From: Callorhinchus milii
Lineage: Eukaryota
Assembly: GCF_018977255.1 (NCBI RefSeq)
Contig: NW_024704743.1
Coordinates: 14,448,001-14,512,000, forward strand
Length of the DNA stretch: 64,000 nt
Reading direction: 5' to 3'
Below are positions 49,071-63,329 of the stretch, piece by piece. Position numbers and translations under genes: made by a program. The notes under the pieces are model-generated. The model was given only the letters and a program-made list of their open reading frames with translations. It was not told the origin of the DNA and did not search any database. The stretch's first letter is position 1, and every line of letters begins with the position of its first letter.

Positions 49071-50857
49071 CCCTGATACACCAGCCATCTCCATTCCCTC
49101 AAGGCACAGGTGCGTGCCGCTGAACACACCTGGCTCAAATCTAATCTAAAGGTCTATCGGCAGATCTGGCTGGACCACATCAAAACTTAACGCTCCGCCC
49201 TTGTCTCTGCTAAATCGTCCTTCTACTCCAAGATTATTTTGGAGGTTAAGGAAAACCCAAGGCTTCTCTTCACCATCAACTGGCTCCTCCACCCACCCGC
49301 TCACACCTCATTCATCCTCTCCTCCAACACCAACTGCAAGGAGATGCTGGACTTCCTCGAGACCAAAATCGAGGGAATCCACTATGCCACCTCTGCCCTT
49401 CCATCTACAACCCCCTCCCCTTGGCCAATAATAGTTGCCTGCTGCTGGAGCAGGTATGAGGAATGCAAAGCTGCAGGGGTACAGATTCAGGTGTGTTCAC
49501 GAGTCCACAAGGATAAACCTCTGACAAGCATTTTAGATCAATGCATTCAGCAGCTCAACTAACTATTATAAATCATACTCCGGCCCGTATCCATCCCCCT
49601 TTCCGTACCCTCAAACTTGTCTCCCCCTCCTCTCTCACCACCATTATAACCCATGTGAAACCCACCACCTGCTCCATCAACTCCATCCCTACTCCTCTCC
49701 TTACCTCCCATCTCCACCTCCTTGCCCCTCTACTCACAGACCTCATCAACTTTTCCCTGTCCACTGGCACTGTTTCCACCCCCTTAAAAACAGCCATGAT
49801 CACCCCTATCCTCAAAAAAACTTCCCTGAATTCATCCCTGCTCTCAAGTTACCACCCCATCTACAACCTCCCATTCCTTTCCAAGGTCCTTGAACCAATC
49901 GTTGCTTCCCAGCTTCGCTCCTTCCCCTCCCGCCACTTCCTATACAAACCTCTCCAATTGGGTTTTCATGTTTCCCACAGCACAGAAACAGCCCTGTTCA
50001 AAGTGACAAATGACATTCTGTCCATCTATGACCAGGGCTCACTCTGTCTCCTCTATCCTCCTCCACTGCCTCTCCTCTTACTTCAAGCTTTGTGGTTCTG
50101 TCCTTGAATGGTTCAGATCCCATCTCTCATACCATCCACACTTTGTCTCCACAAACGGCTTCTCCTCCATCTCCCAAATCTGTATCAGACCCGTTCTGTC
50201 TTCTCTCACCTCCGCAACATCGCCCAGCTCCACCACTGCCTGACCCCTCAGGCCGCCGAAACCCTCATTCACACGTTCATCACATCTAGGCTTGACTACA
50301 ACAAAGCCCTACTTGTCAGCCTTTCCAACTCTTCCCTCCACAAGCTGCAGATAATCCAGAACTCTGTAGCCCGTATCCTCTCCTATATCAGGCTCCATGA
50401 CCCTATCACCCCCACCCTTGCCCAGCTCCACTGGCACGTTATCCCTCAGAGGATACAGTTCAATTTCCTGGTCCTCACCATCAAGGCCCTCCACAGTCTT
50501 GCCTCTTCCTACCTCTGCAACCTGTTAAACCCTTATCACCCTGTCCGCTCCCTACACTCAGCAGGCTCCACGTCCCCCACCCGGCCTGCCCCATCATCGG
50601 CGGTTGGGCCTTCAGCCTCTCTGCCCCCACCCTTTGGAACCACATCCCACATTCCCTTCGCCTTGCTCCCTCCCTTGCTTCCTTCAAGACATGTCTCAAT
50701 ACCCTCCTCTTCAACCGTGACTTCTGCCACCCTTCCACCCTCCCTGCCCTCCACTATCCCTATTCCCAACCCACACCGCTCGAGTCCAAATCCCTAACTG
50801 TCCAGCACCTTGGGATGTCCTCCCGATGTGAAAGGCTCTTTAAAAATGTAATTTTGT
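49071..50857 (+). mobile_element. L2 LINE with deletions and a foreign 127-bp insert
   Basis: 'KENPRLLFTIN', 'KTAMITPILKK..YHPIYNLPFLSKVLE', 'HSTETALFKVTNDIL', 'FITSRLDYN..LHKLQIIQNS'; L2 tail. Confidence 0.92.
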
Positions 50858-52016
50858 AGAATATCAATTCGCTAATCTTAGCCTTAAGATCACTATATAA
50901 AAATGTAACATTGTGTGGAATTTTGGAGAATTCTTAAATTCATTGGTCAGTCAGAATAATCTAATTTCGTATGAAGTTTGGGTATGATTGAGTGATTTGA
51001 GCATTGATTAGACAAGCTAAGGCTTTTCAATCTTGAAAAGTGACTTCTCGGAGATCTTATGGGAATGTACAAGATTTTAAATGGAATTGAGAAAGTAAAC
51101 TCAGAGACAGCAAAACAAGAGGGTGTAGGTTTAGTGTTGCAAAGCGTAATTTCAGGACTTATATCAGGAAGCATTTCGTACCCAAAGGTTAATTGACTAC
51201 TGGAATGGGTTACGAGGAAGGTTGAGGTTAGAACATTGGATTCATTTAAAAAAACACAGCTTGCTGCAATGATGTGAGGACGGTAGGGAAGGTATTTTGG
51301 AAGACTGAGATTAAATGTGCTTGAGAGCCTCCTTCATATAAACCTCTATTATCTTGTGAACCATAAGGTCAATGTAGTAGTAAAGTCTGAATGAGCACAG
51401 AGGACATCTACCCATAGGATCCTACAGTTTGCAAAATGCAATATTCAAGCGGAGTCTGAACCAGGGAAAAGATTTGATTAAAGCAAAATTGAAACAGACT
51501 AATGAGTGAATGGAACTTCAAGTTTCATCCACAGGGATGTTTTGTTTGACACCAAATCCAAATGCAGTGTTTAGTGAAGAAACACCTGTTATCTCTGGTC
51601 TCACGACCCAGGGGAAGTACAGTGTTTAGCACATGTCCTTGGGAGATGCAGTGTGCAAATCAGAGCTTGTGTCACTAGGAATGGAGTGGAGAGAATGTGG
51701 AATTCATTGCTGTGGTTGAAACAAAAAATGTGTATGTATTTTGTAGAAACGATGTTGCATACATGCAGGATAAAAGAACAGAGGGTTAGAAGAGAGGAAA
51801 GGTGGCGACTTGCCTGGAGTATAAACACCCTTGCCCCCACTAGCCCAGACTACTGGACTAGTTGGATCGAATGGTCTGTTTCCTTGTCGTATCACACTCT
51901 ATGTAACTCTCTGCAGCTTTTCAATTTAGTTTAAAAACAGAAATTTTCTGGTAAAATAACTAACTAAATATGTACATACATATTTATGTATATATGTATG
52001 AACATACATACATACT

Positions 52017-52381
52017 TGGAGTCCTGTAGCTCAGTGGTTACAGCACGCACCTCGTAAGCGAGAGACTAGATTTTGATTCCCAGCAGGTGAAATGTTGGGC
52101 AAATGTCTTTACTCCACATGCCTTTGTTTACTTAGCAGTAAGTAGGAACCTGGTTGTTAGTCGATTGGCGGATTGCTTTTCCGGGGGTAATAATTCCTTA
52201 AAAAAAATTGGTCACTCAATCCAGGAATGTTTGTTGGACACTGCTGTGTGCAATTGGCTGCCGGTTTCGCTCACAAAATATGCAGTCAATTCACTTTGCA
52301 GTATATTCTGTGAAGTGCTTTGAGACATCTCGAAGACGTGATAAGACGCTATATCAAATGCAAGAATTATTATTATTATTA
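52017..52381 (+). mobile_element. Older-subfamily tRNA(Ala)-headed Deu SINE
   Basis: Head TGGAGTCCTGTAGCTCAGTGG; tail GAGACATCTCGAAGACGTGATAAG. Confidence 0.9.
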
Positions 52382-52465
52382 CATACAACGACAATTGGCT
52401 GCCGCATTCGTCCACAAATTATACAGTCACTCCACTTACAATATATCTGTGAAGGGCTATAGTAC

Positions 52466-52788
52466 GTCCTTGTAGCTCAGTGGTTAGAGCACTCGCTTTG
52501 CAAGCGAGAGACCTGAGTTCAATTCCAGGCAGGGCGAAACCTTGGGCAAGTTTCTTTACTCCACACGCCTAATAATAATCCCTCCAAAACCAAAAAAAAA
52601 TAATAAATTGGTCATTTTCAATCTACGACTGCTTGTGGGACATTGCTGTGCGCAATTGGCTGCCGCGTTCGTCCACAAATATACAGTCAATTCACTTTAC
52701 AGTGTGTTCTGTGAAGCGCTTTGGGACGTCCTCCCGACTTGAAAAGCGCTATATCAAATGCAAGGATTATTATTATTATATTATTATT
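52466..52788 (+). mobile_element. Young tRNA(Ala)-headed Deu SINE
   Basis: Near-identical to 29910-30238. Confidence 0.95.
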
Positions 52789-53309
52789 GTGATGTCAAAG
52801 GCACTATATCAAATGCAAGGATTATTACATTTGTGCATGCACACGCATGTACATACTAACACACATACATAGATTTTTAAAAGTCAAAAATTGTAAGACA
52901 CATGTTCAGTAATAAGGAATCTGTCATGAACTGACTGGGCTCTTGATCTCAGTGTACCATGTGAATCCTTTAGTTCAGCAACACAGGGCGGCTCCAATAG
53001 CAATTCCTAGACACTAGGGGGTATTCTGTCCCTTGCAATGACATATTACAAGCTGCAGTCACTCAGTAGAAAACGTTTCCGATAAAAATAAATTAGAATT
53101 CTATGTTTCAGATCCCCTGAAGGTTATGTAACCTTATGCTATTAAGGTGCTTTAAGGCTATGAACAAATTGTCTACCTATGCAAGTAACCCTGTGCCAGT
53201 GCTGCGCTGCACAAGTGTTTGAGCAATCAATACAGCTGGTCTTGTCTTGTGGCGCACCCTGCCTCTTATCCCTTCCCTCAGCATTGCCGGGCAATCTCAG
53301 TTGAATTTA

Positions 53310-53755
53310 TGGCATTCTGTAATATTGCCCACCTCTGCCACTACCTCTCCCCTCAAGCTGCTGAGACCCTGACTCTTCCCCACACAAGCTGCAGACTATC
53401 CAAAACTCTTTCCCGCACTAGGCACCACGGACCTATCACCCTCATCCTTACTCGGCTCTAGTGGGTCCACATGACCCAGTGGATCGAGTTCAAGATCCTC
53501 ATCCTCATTTTCAAATCCCTCCATGGTTTTGCCCTATCCTATCTCTGTGATCTCCACAAACTGCAGCAATTCACTCCCTTCACTCAGCAGGCATCAATGA
53601 GCTTTGTGTCCCCCATCCCAGCTGCCCACCATCGGCAGTCAAGCTTTCTCTGGAACTGGCTCCCACACCCAGCTCAGGTGTAAACCCAGGACTGTCAAGC
53701 ATTTTGTGCCTCCCTCCCAATGTGAAAGACACAATATAAATGTAAATTTGTATTG
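53310..53755 (+). mobile_element. Old L2 3' fragment
   Basis: 'LSPQAAETL', '[16 protein letters not shown]'; decayed tail. Confidence 0.8.
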
Positions 53756-54329
53756 TAGTTCACTGGTGCAGAGAATCCCTGGCTCAAACACACTTCCTAT
53801 ACTTCAGGAACTCACTATTCTGCTGGTAAAAATACAATACAAATAAAATGTATATCCATGTAAAGGCTTTCATGTCAGGAGGACATCACAAAGCATCAAA
53901 AATACAGTATAACATAGTTTGAAATATTTTCAGTTGTTAATCCAACTGCGTATGTTCTAAAGCCATAGCTGGCTGGTTGATAAATCAGGGATGAATTTAG
54001 CGTATCAGTCCAACTGAAGTCTCTGAGCCTGATTACATCAAGTTAAACTATTCTAACACATCTCATTGGCACATACCGTTCAATTTTATTTCTCTGTTCT
54101 TTTGTGTCAATAATGGACAGAGTAAACTAGAAGAACAAGTAAATGGATAAATTGCATAAGTGCAACGCCATTGCTTTGGCCAACTATTTGTAACCAGGTC
54201 AGAGGGAAGATCACACCTATGGCCAGTTTAGTTATTGACATTTATAGTTGAGCACATTTGTAGTTAACACATAACATCATAAAATTCACTCCAGATTTTA
54301 TTAGATTATGTAGTAAACACCGATTAGAC

Positions 54330-54753
54330 TAATTATTCTTGCATTTGATATAATACCTTATCACACTGTCAAGACATTTCAAAGCATTTTGTAGGATATA
54401 CTGCAAAGTGGAGTATTTCATAGGTGAACTATGCAGCCAATTTGTACACAGCAGTGTCTCACAAACAGCCATGAAGTGAATAACCAATTTTAACCAAGAG
54501 GTTGTTGGACAACATACTGGGAGAAACTGCCTTCCCTTTTTGAATATTGCCATGGGATCTTTAACGGTGGACGTTAAAAAACCTTGGTTTAACGTCTCAT
54601 CTGAAGGACGGCACCTCCAGCAATGCAGCCCATCCCCAGCATTGCATTAGAATGTCAGCCGAGATGATGAGCTCAAAGTCCTGACATGACGCTCGTATCC
54701 ATAATCTTCTGAGAGTGAGAACTGAGAGTGCTACCAACTGAGCCAGGCTGACA
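54330..54753 (-). mobile_element. SacSINE1-like Deu SINE
   Basis: Head GTGTCAGCCTGGCTCAGTTGGTAGCACTCTC, body GGAGGTGCCGTCCTTCAGATGAGACGTTAAACC, Deu core and tail. Confidence 0.88.
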
Positions 54754-56849
54754 CTGCTAGAAAAGAAGTAGAATAGGTGGCAAATAGCAAAAGAAATAGT
54801 TGAAATAAAATATATGTCAGAGAGTAGTTTTTGTACCATAATATTAGAATCCCTGGACTGTAACTGGTGAAAATCCCTGGATTGGCTCACTGTGCTTTTG
54901 TCAACAAAATCTGCTCAGTACTCGGCAATGTCAACGTAAACGGGTCAACATAAAATGTGTCATTATTATTATTATTAATAGTAAGAGGCAAGTAGCTCTC
55001 TATATATTCATTTGGAAATAGGACACTGTAGGGCACTTTGTGAGGAGGGGAAAATTATCAAACACAACTAAATGTTACTCCATAAAACAGCTTTAAGATA
55101 ACAAACAGTAAATTGATGGGAAATGATCGCTTACAGACAGACTATATCATAAGATAAATAAAGTTAGAATCTGTGTCTTGCACAGAGCACCCTGGAATAC
55201 TGTGAAATGTATGGTATGTTTTCATGGCTCACCTGGCTGGAAGAACAGTTGAACTAAGGCAGTGACATTGTTATTACTGCTCATTTTCAGCAATGCTGTC
55301 TTTGACTGGAACACAAAGCAATGGATCAAACGCTGTAACACAATTGGCTGAATCGTACTGCGCCTGAATACATTGTGTTGTTGCCCAGCACCTAGTGCTA
55401 TATATAGATCATTTCAAAGAAAACCCTCTGCTCTCCTAGGTCTTGCTGATGCTATACAGCTTATTGCTTGTTATGAAGGCTTGTCAGTTGTAATAAAGCT
55501 GAATAATTCCCTGGTGTGAATACAAAACTATGTGCCTCATGCAGCAAACACAAAAACGTCCTGTGGGCTGCACCAATGACCACGGGTGCTATTTTTGGAT
55601 AGTGGGTGCACTGACTGCACAGTTACTGATTGCTCTTCGGAAAGTAAGGGTTCTTTAGTGCTCTAAGATGCTACCCCATGTGAATGGTGCTAAATAAGTG
55701 CAAGTTGTTGTTACTGCTTTATCAGATATGAGTTTAAGATTGCCTGATTTTCAGAGTGCTAGATTCAGTGGCTTCATTTATGGAGTTTTATGACACATAA
55801 ATATAACACAGAAGTCCTTCCTTTTATATATGGCCTGTAACATTGACATTTCTCAAAGTGCTTCTCACAGAATTGCCCTTAAGTGTAGTGATCATGTATT
55901 TATTGGCAAAAATGACCTCCAACTGGGGCACAGAAGATCCCAAAACAGACATTAGGTGAATGATGAATTTATGTGGAGGATTGTTGGCCAGGAAACTTAG
56001 CAAAAACTTAGTTCTCTATTTAAATTATGTCTTGGGATCGTAACATACCCAGAAGGCAGATTTAACATCTCATCTGAAGGCTGGCACCTACAATAATGTA
56101 GCAATCCTCCTGTGCTGCCCTGGATACTCAGTCTCCAGTATGAGCTCAAGTCCTGATACAGGGTTTGACTCTGAGGAAACAGGGCTACTGACCAAGCAAG
56201 ACTGACACCTGGTTTAGGATTTACTGGTATCGCCCCCTGGCTACCCAGGTCAAAGCTTGACTCCTTCAACCTCAACTACTTCGTTTTCTTTGTTGATTCG
56301 AATGAGACAACCAACTGCAAGCTTAGCTTTTGGGAGACGATGGATGGGCTTCAACTAGATGGGGTCTTCCCCACCCCACCCCCAAGTGACATCAGAGCAG
56401 AATTACAGACATCCACAAATACCTGCACACTTGGTCATTGAACAATTGTTGAGGTTGTTGAAGATCTGATTCAGCAGATAATTACTCCACTAACACCTTC
56501 TCGCAATAGACTAAAATAGGTGAATTTATTGCAGGTCAAATGCTATTCAGAGAGACTTCTGGTTGACATCACTGCAGCAGGGATTCATACCCTGAGTATC
56601 GTGAGGAGAAAAATTGAACTAAAAAAAATTGAGCAATTGGGAAAGAAACTATTGCAGTACTACTACTAATAATAATCCTTGCACCTTTGTTATGGCACCT
56701 TTCATGTCAGCAGTAGTACTGCAGTAGTTCAATTTTATTTGTACCATTTCTACCCATCCTATCGCTTTCCACTCATTTTGTACCTTTTCTTCTAACAGAC
56801 TATCAGTTCACTTGCGTTCAATTCATCAGAAGATCTGGTTCGCTGTTGG

Positions 56850-57014
56850 TTTAAAGTCTCATCTGAAGGACGGCATATCTGACAAATCAACAGCCCCCGG
56901 CACTGCATTCGAGTGTCAGCTTAGACTGTGATTGATTCCAAGTCCCGACCTGGGGCTTGAACCCACAACCTTCTGACTCAGAGGCGAGAGTGCTACCACT
57001 GAGCCAGGCTGACA
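56850..57014 (-). mobile_element. SacSINE1-like SINE 5' part
   Basis: GTGTCAGCCTGGCTCAGTGGTAGCACTCTCGCCTCTGAGTCAGAAGGTTGTGGGTTCAAGCCCC on the minus strand. Confidence 0.88.
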
Positions 57015-57632
57015 CAGGATACTTGAGCAGATTTATTACTAAAATGTGAGCAGAGATTTTCAGTCTAACAGTATTTGAGGTGAAAATGTCTAAAACAGAT
57101 CAGCCCAGAGACAGGAGCTGCCATGGACATGTTGGTAGTCTAAGGATTCACGAAACAAATCCGTAGCAGTAAGCGAGAAGCTGGTTACTTCCAAAAGTTA
57201 AAATGAAGAATTCCACTAATGGAATATTCTGTGATGTTTTGCCCTAAACTTGGTGTCAATAATCACCAAATTGCTACTTTTAGATGTAATGTTCACAGGA
57301 GCGTTAAGCATCTCAAGCACTGGGTACAAAGTGGCACATAGTTGATGGGCACTTAGTGCTCAGTGAGACAGAGTGATGACCTACTGTCACCCTAAAGGTT
57401 GTCTTCTGACTTTCTCCCTAACTTAAGAATTAAGCACTTCCTTACAATGCAGGGCACATACAGAGCAGGGATCTGTGTGCTCGTGAGCTGACACTGCAGA
57501 GTGACTTTTACAAAGCAATCTCACAATGGCATGGAAGAAAGAATGAAAAAAAGAAAAAAAAGAAAGAAAAAACAAGAGAGAGACAGACAGACAGACAGAT
57601 GATGAAATGACAGTAGACTGGTGATTATTATT

Positions 57633-57633
<1 letters not shown>

Positions 57634-57708
<75 letters not shown>

Positions 57709-58030
57709 TAATAATAATAATAATAATCCTTGCATTTGATATAGCGCTTTTCAAGTCGGGAGGACGTCCCAAAGCGCTTCACAGAACATACTGTAAAGTG
57801 AATTGACTGTATATTTGTGGGCGAATGCGGCAGCCAATTGTGCACAGCAATGTCCCACAAACAGTCGTAGATTGAAAATGACCAATTTATTATTGTTTTT
57901 GGTTTTGGAGGTATTATTATTAGGTGTGTGGAGTAAGGAAACTTGCCCAAGGTTTCGCCCTGCTTGGAATTGAACTCAGATCTCTCGCTTGCAAAGCGAG
58001 TGCTCTAACCACTGAGCTACAGGACTCCAC
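57634..58030 (-). mobile_element. Young Deu SINE with an expanded ~94-bp (TAA)n tail
   Basis: (TAA)n at 57634-57727, full SINE body, more (TAA)n beyond the head. Confidence 0.95.
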
Positions 58031-59486
58031 GAATAATAATAATAATAATAATATTAGTAATAATTGTGACCAGACACTTTATGGTTGAAAAAACAATGTG
58101 GATAATTGGACGTTATGCAAAATATAAATTTGCTATAGCGCCACTTNAAAAAAAGGTCTTTTGGGAATTGTACTGTCTTCAGAACCCCCACTTTCTCTTT
58201 CTCTGACTTTTTCACTGTGACTTCTTTCTACCTCTGAAGCATGAATCTTACCAGCTGAACTATAGTAACATAGAGGTCAGGATTGCAGTACAGTATTCTT
58301 TACCATATTTTGTTCTCTAATTAAGGAACAATGTTAAAAAGTGTTTTGAAATTTGCCCACCCTCTAACTTATGAATATTAAGAGCACCCAATCCTGCCTG
58401 AAAATTCTTGGGTATTACCGTCTTGTATTCCAGCTTTAGTGAGAATCATTTGAGTCCTGAGCTTATATCAGGGGATAATAGCTTAAATGAATATATGTTA
58501 GCCAGTATACTATGCATAAGGCCAGCGACGCTCCTTTTCACATTCAAAACAGCAACTTGAGGCAGAAGAAATATTCAGCCCCAACCTATTGAAAACCTTT
58601 ATATATCCTTGTCCCAGCTCCTGTTAGTTGGTTCACCATTTTATGAAAACACCTCCCTTGCACAAACTCTAAAACCATACAGTTCTGCAGAATGGAAGTG
58701 TTTTGTTTCAATAATGAGAAGCTCGGAACAGTTCATCAATGTGGAGTGAAGCCAATTCCGTTCTCCCTCTAGTTTTCATTTGTTATTCTTTCTGGCGTCT
58801 CATTACTTTTTCCTACATCTTCAAACCCCCTTGATACTATCTGATGGAAACAGAGATGCAACACTCAAACCTCTTGGCAGGCAAATGTGTAATTTGATGT
58901 TGTGTGTGGTGCAGTGCCAACAACATTGCAACAATGATCAGAAAAATCAGTAAAAGCTACAGGGAAATAGCAGGGAATTGGGATTAGAGTATGTAGCTGT
59001 AGTTAGGGGCTTGCTCCATAGGCTTCATGGTCCAAATGGCCTTCTACTAATGATTTGATTCATACTACCTTGTGCTTCCTTTCCTTAAGACAACTATTAA
59101 TCTATGTCCATGTCTTTGCCTTGATAAAAATATAATGCTTGGATTTGGTACAGCTATGGTCTGATCACATCAAAACATCTCAAAGCATTTCACAGTTTTT
59201 TGTAAAGTGTAGTGATTGTATTTTGTTGTTAAATGCGGCAACTAAATTGCAAATCAATGTCCCACAAACAGCCATGGAAGTGAATGCCCATTTTTTGGCA
59301 GGGGAGATTATTGGCCAGGACCAATTCCCTTCTAATTTTGGATAATACCATGGTAGCTATAATATCCATCTGAACAGCCAAATAGGGCCTCGGTTTAATG
59401 ACTTTTCCAAATTTATCCCATTTATTCTTTGCTTTCATGACTATTATTCACTTCGCGAATTTTCAAATATTTTAGAAGTCTAGATA

Positions 59487-60950
59487 CAACAACAAGAAAA
59501 TTACATTTGTAAAGTGCCTTTCACGTCAAGAGGACGTCCAAAGTTCGAGGGTAGAGGCAGAAAGATAGATTTGGGTGTCATCCTTGTACATGTGGAAGGT
59601 GACCCAATGTCTGTGGATAATATCATCAAGCATGTAGAGGTTGAAGAGAAGGGGATCAAAGACAGAGCCCTGAAGAACATCACACATAGATGTTCGGGGG
59701 CTGGAAGAGAAATCGTTGGCGGAGACAAATTGGAGACAGTGTGAGAGATAAGACCTGAACTATTCAAGGATAGAACCTTGAAGGTTGAGGTGAGAGGAAA
59801 GGCGGTAGAGGAGGATTGGATGGTCCACGGTATCGAAGGCAGCAGAGAGGATGAGGAGGCAGATGGACAAAATGTCGTTTGTCACCTTGACCAGAGCAGT
59901 TTCTGTTCTGTGAGCAGCATGGAAACCCAATTGGAGAGACTTGTGAAGGAATGGTAAGAGAGGAATGAACGAAGCTGGGGAGCAATCACTCTTTGAAGGA
60001 CCTTTGAAAGCAAAGGGAGGTTGGAGGTGGGCCGGTAGTTAGAAGGCAGAGATGTGTCCAGGGAAGGTTTTTTTTCAGGATGGGAGTGATTGTAGGTGTT
60101 TTTTAGAAGATGGGAACAGTTCCAGATGAAAGGGAGAAATTGATAGTGTCAGAGAGTACAGGGGCGAAGAGGTGGTGCTGGGAGGTAAGGAAAGGGATGG
60201 GGATGGGGTCAAGGGAGCAGGTGGTGTGTTTCATGTTGCATATGGTAGTGATTAGAGAGGAGGGGGAGACAGGTTTGAAAATGTGGAGGGAGGGATGGGT
60301 AGGGGTTGGAGTGTGGGGGGAGATGGGGAGGGAGGGGCAGTTGGGAGGGTGGAGACAGCTGAAAGGATCCCTCGATTTTGGACTTGAAGAAATCCAGCAT
60401 CTCCTCACAGTCAGAATTTCAGGAGAGAATGGGCGAGGCATGGGAAAGTGAATGGAGGAGCCAGTTGATGGTGGAGAATAGGAGCCTGGGGTTGTTCTTC
60501 GCCTCCAAGATTATCTTGGAGAAGAAAGATGATTTGGCAGAGGCGATGGCGGAGTGGTTTTCATGTGGCCATGTGGCCCAGCCAGATCATGTGGCCCAGC
60601 CAGATCTGCCAATGGACCGTTAGGTCAAACTTGAGCCAGGTGAGTTCGGCGGCCCGCACCCGACCCTCGAGGGAGTGGAGGTGGCTGGTGTACCAGGGTG
60701 AGGTTCAGGAGTAGGAGGCAGTTCGGGAGGTGAGGGGGGCAAGGCCATCAAAAGTGGTGGAGAGGGAGTTGTGAAGGAGAGTGAGCGAGGAGGATAAATC
60801 AGTGCGGGAGGTAGGCCAGAAGAGGAGGAGTTCAGATGACTTCAGAGAGCAGAGAGGGATTGCGGGGAGATTTTTTTCCAGGGGCGGTAGGAGATGGAGA
60901 TGGGTTTGGTTGGCAGTGGGGAGAGGGATTGAGGAGTTAAAGGAGATGAA
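59487..60950 (-). mobile_element. L2 LINE with multiple deletions
   Basis: 'KPVSPSSLITTI..KHTTCSLDPIP', 'INFSLSSGTVP', RT remnants; tail at 59487. Confidence 0.88.
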
Positions 60951-62840
60951 ATGAGGGCTAACTAGCAAGGAACATAAAGACAGACTGCAAGAGTTTTTAT
61001 AAATATATAAAGAGGAAGAGGCTGTCAAGGGTAAATGTGGGTCCGCTACAGGCAGAGACGGGGGGAATTATAGTAAGGGACAAAGACATGGTAGAGTCAT
61101 TAAACAAGTACTTTGCTACTGTCTTCACCTTAGAATGCACTGAAAACCTACCAAGAATAGAGGGGAATTAATATTAGTAAAGAAATGATTTTAGGTAAAT
61201 TATCAGGTCTTAAAACTGATAAATCTCCTGGACCTGATAGCCTACATCCTAGGGTTTTAAAAGAGGTGGCTACTGAGATAGTGGATGGCTTGTCTTTGAT
61301 CTTCCAAAATTCTCTGGATTCTGGAACGGTTCCCATTGATTGGAAGATTGCAAACGTGACACCACTATTTAAGAAGGGTGGGAGAGAAAAGATGGGGAAC
61401 TATAGACCAGTTAGTCTGACATCAGTGGTAGGGAAAATTCTTGAGTCCTTAATTAAAGATGTCGTTATGGGATTCCTGGAAGACCATAACAAGATTAGGC
61501 AGAGTCAACATGGCTTTACAAAAGGGAAGTCATGCTTAACTAATCTTTTAGAGTTTTTTGAAGATGTATCTAGCAGGTTAGATAGGGGGAACCAGTAGAT
61601 GTAGTATATTTAGATTTTAAAAAGGCATTTGACAAAGTGCCACACAAAAGGCTATTGCACAAGGTTAAGGCCCATGGGATTAATGGGAACATATTAGCAT
61701 GGATTGAAGAGTGGCTAACGGGTAGAAAACAGAGAGTAGGGATAAACGGGTCATTCTCGAATTGGCAGGATGTGACTAGTGGAGTGCCACAAGGATCAGT
61801 GCTTGGGCCTCAGCTATTTACAATTTACATCAATGATCTAGACGAGGACATTGAATGTAACGTATCTAAATTCGCGGATGACACTAAACTAGGTGGGAGA
61901 GTAAGCTCTGAGGATGATGCAAAAAGATTGCAACGGGATATAGATAGGCTTGGGGAGTGGGCGAGTAGGTGGCAGATGGAATTTAATGTGGGGAAGTGTG
62001 AAGTTATTCACCTAGGTAGAAAAAATAGAAAAACAGATTATTTTCTAGAGGGGGAGAGATTAGATAGTGTTAGTGTGCAGAGGGATTTGGGTGTCCTTGT
62101 ACACCAGTCTCAAAAAGTTAGTTTGCAGGTGCAGCAAGCAACTAAGAAGGCGAACAGCATGTTAGCGTTCATTGCAAAAGGTTTAGAGTACAAGAGTAGG
62201 GAAGTCTTGCTGCAACTGTATAGGGCTTTGGTGAGACCGTACCTAGAGTATTGTGTGCAGTTTTGGTCTCCTTGTTTAAAAAAGGACATACTTGCCTTAG
62301 AGGGGGTGCAGCGTAGATTCACTCGGTTAGTTCCTGGGATGAGGGGACTGACCTATGAGGATAGGCTGAATAAACTAGGGCTATATTCTCTAGAGTACAG
62401 AAGAATTAGGGGAGATCTTATTGAAACATATAAGATTCTTAAAGGGCTGGATAAAGTAGACACTGAGGGTCTGTTTCCCCTTATAGGAGAATCTATAACC
62501 AGGGGTCACAGTCTTAAAATTAAGGGTCAGCCTTTTAGAACAGAGTTGAGGAAACATTTCTTCACTCAGAGGGTAGTGAATTTATGGAATTTATGGAATT
62601 TATGTGAATTTATGGAATTCACTACCCCAGAAGGCTGTAGATGCTCAGTCCTTGAACATCTTCAAGGCTGAGACTGATAGATTTTTTAAAAACAGAGGGA
62701 TTAGGGGATATGGGGATAGGGCGGGTAATTAGAGTAGGTCTGAAGATCAGCCATGATCTTATCGAATGGCGGGACAGGCTCGAGGGGCCGAATGGCCTAC
62801 TCCTGCTCCTAATTCTTATGTTCTTATGTTCTATGTTCTT
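60951..62840 (+). mobile_element. Young CR1/HER1-like LINE, 5'-truncated, RT domain nearly intact
   Basis: ORFs 61185-61598 and 61637-62671: [58 protein letters not shown]; tail (TTCTTATG)n. Confidence 0.97.
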
Positions 62841-63142
62841 AAATGGTGATCAGAGATTTCTTTGTCTGTGATTCACTACATTCTCAAAGTTATTTGGAAA
62901 GTCTCCAGCTCAACAAGGCTATGAAGTTGGTCAGACAATACATCTACTTACTTCTGAAGGCTGTTATTTATTGTTATGATTATTATTGTTAGATTATTTT
63001 CACACATATAACTTTCCATTTTGCTTCTAATGATGGATTCCATCAGTCTTCCATTTCTTGAGGTCAGGCAACTACAAAATACAAAAATACAAAATTACAT
63101 CAGTCAGGGATTTGGACAGTCAGGAATTATATATAAAATAAT

Positions 63143-63310
63143 ATAATAATCTTTGCATTTGATTTAGTCTTCTCGACGTCTCAAAGCGCTTCACAGAATA
63201 GACTGTAAAGTGAATTGACTGTATCGTTGTGGGCGAAACGCGGCAGCCAATTGCGCACAGCAGTGTCCCACAAACAGTCGTGGATTGAAGTGACCAATTT
63301 TATTATTGTT
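63143..63310 (-). mobile_element. Deu SINE 3' half
   Basis: Deu core and tail only. Confidence 0.85.
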
Positions 63311-63329
63311 TTTTAGAATTGAGTTTATA

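Noticed and set aside
56228..56246. CCAGGGGGCG CTCF-like core on the minus strand
   Set aside because: The 5' CCA part of the consensus is mismatched.
57423..57950. 175-aa ORF and related recurring ORFs (WDIAVRNWLPRSPTNIQSIHF, poly-Y/poly-I)
   Set aside because: Translations of the SINE body and (TAA)n tail.
60562..60606. 18-bp tandem duplication CATGTGGCCCAGCCAGAT
   Set aside because: Ordinary slippage inside a decayed L2.
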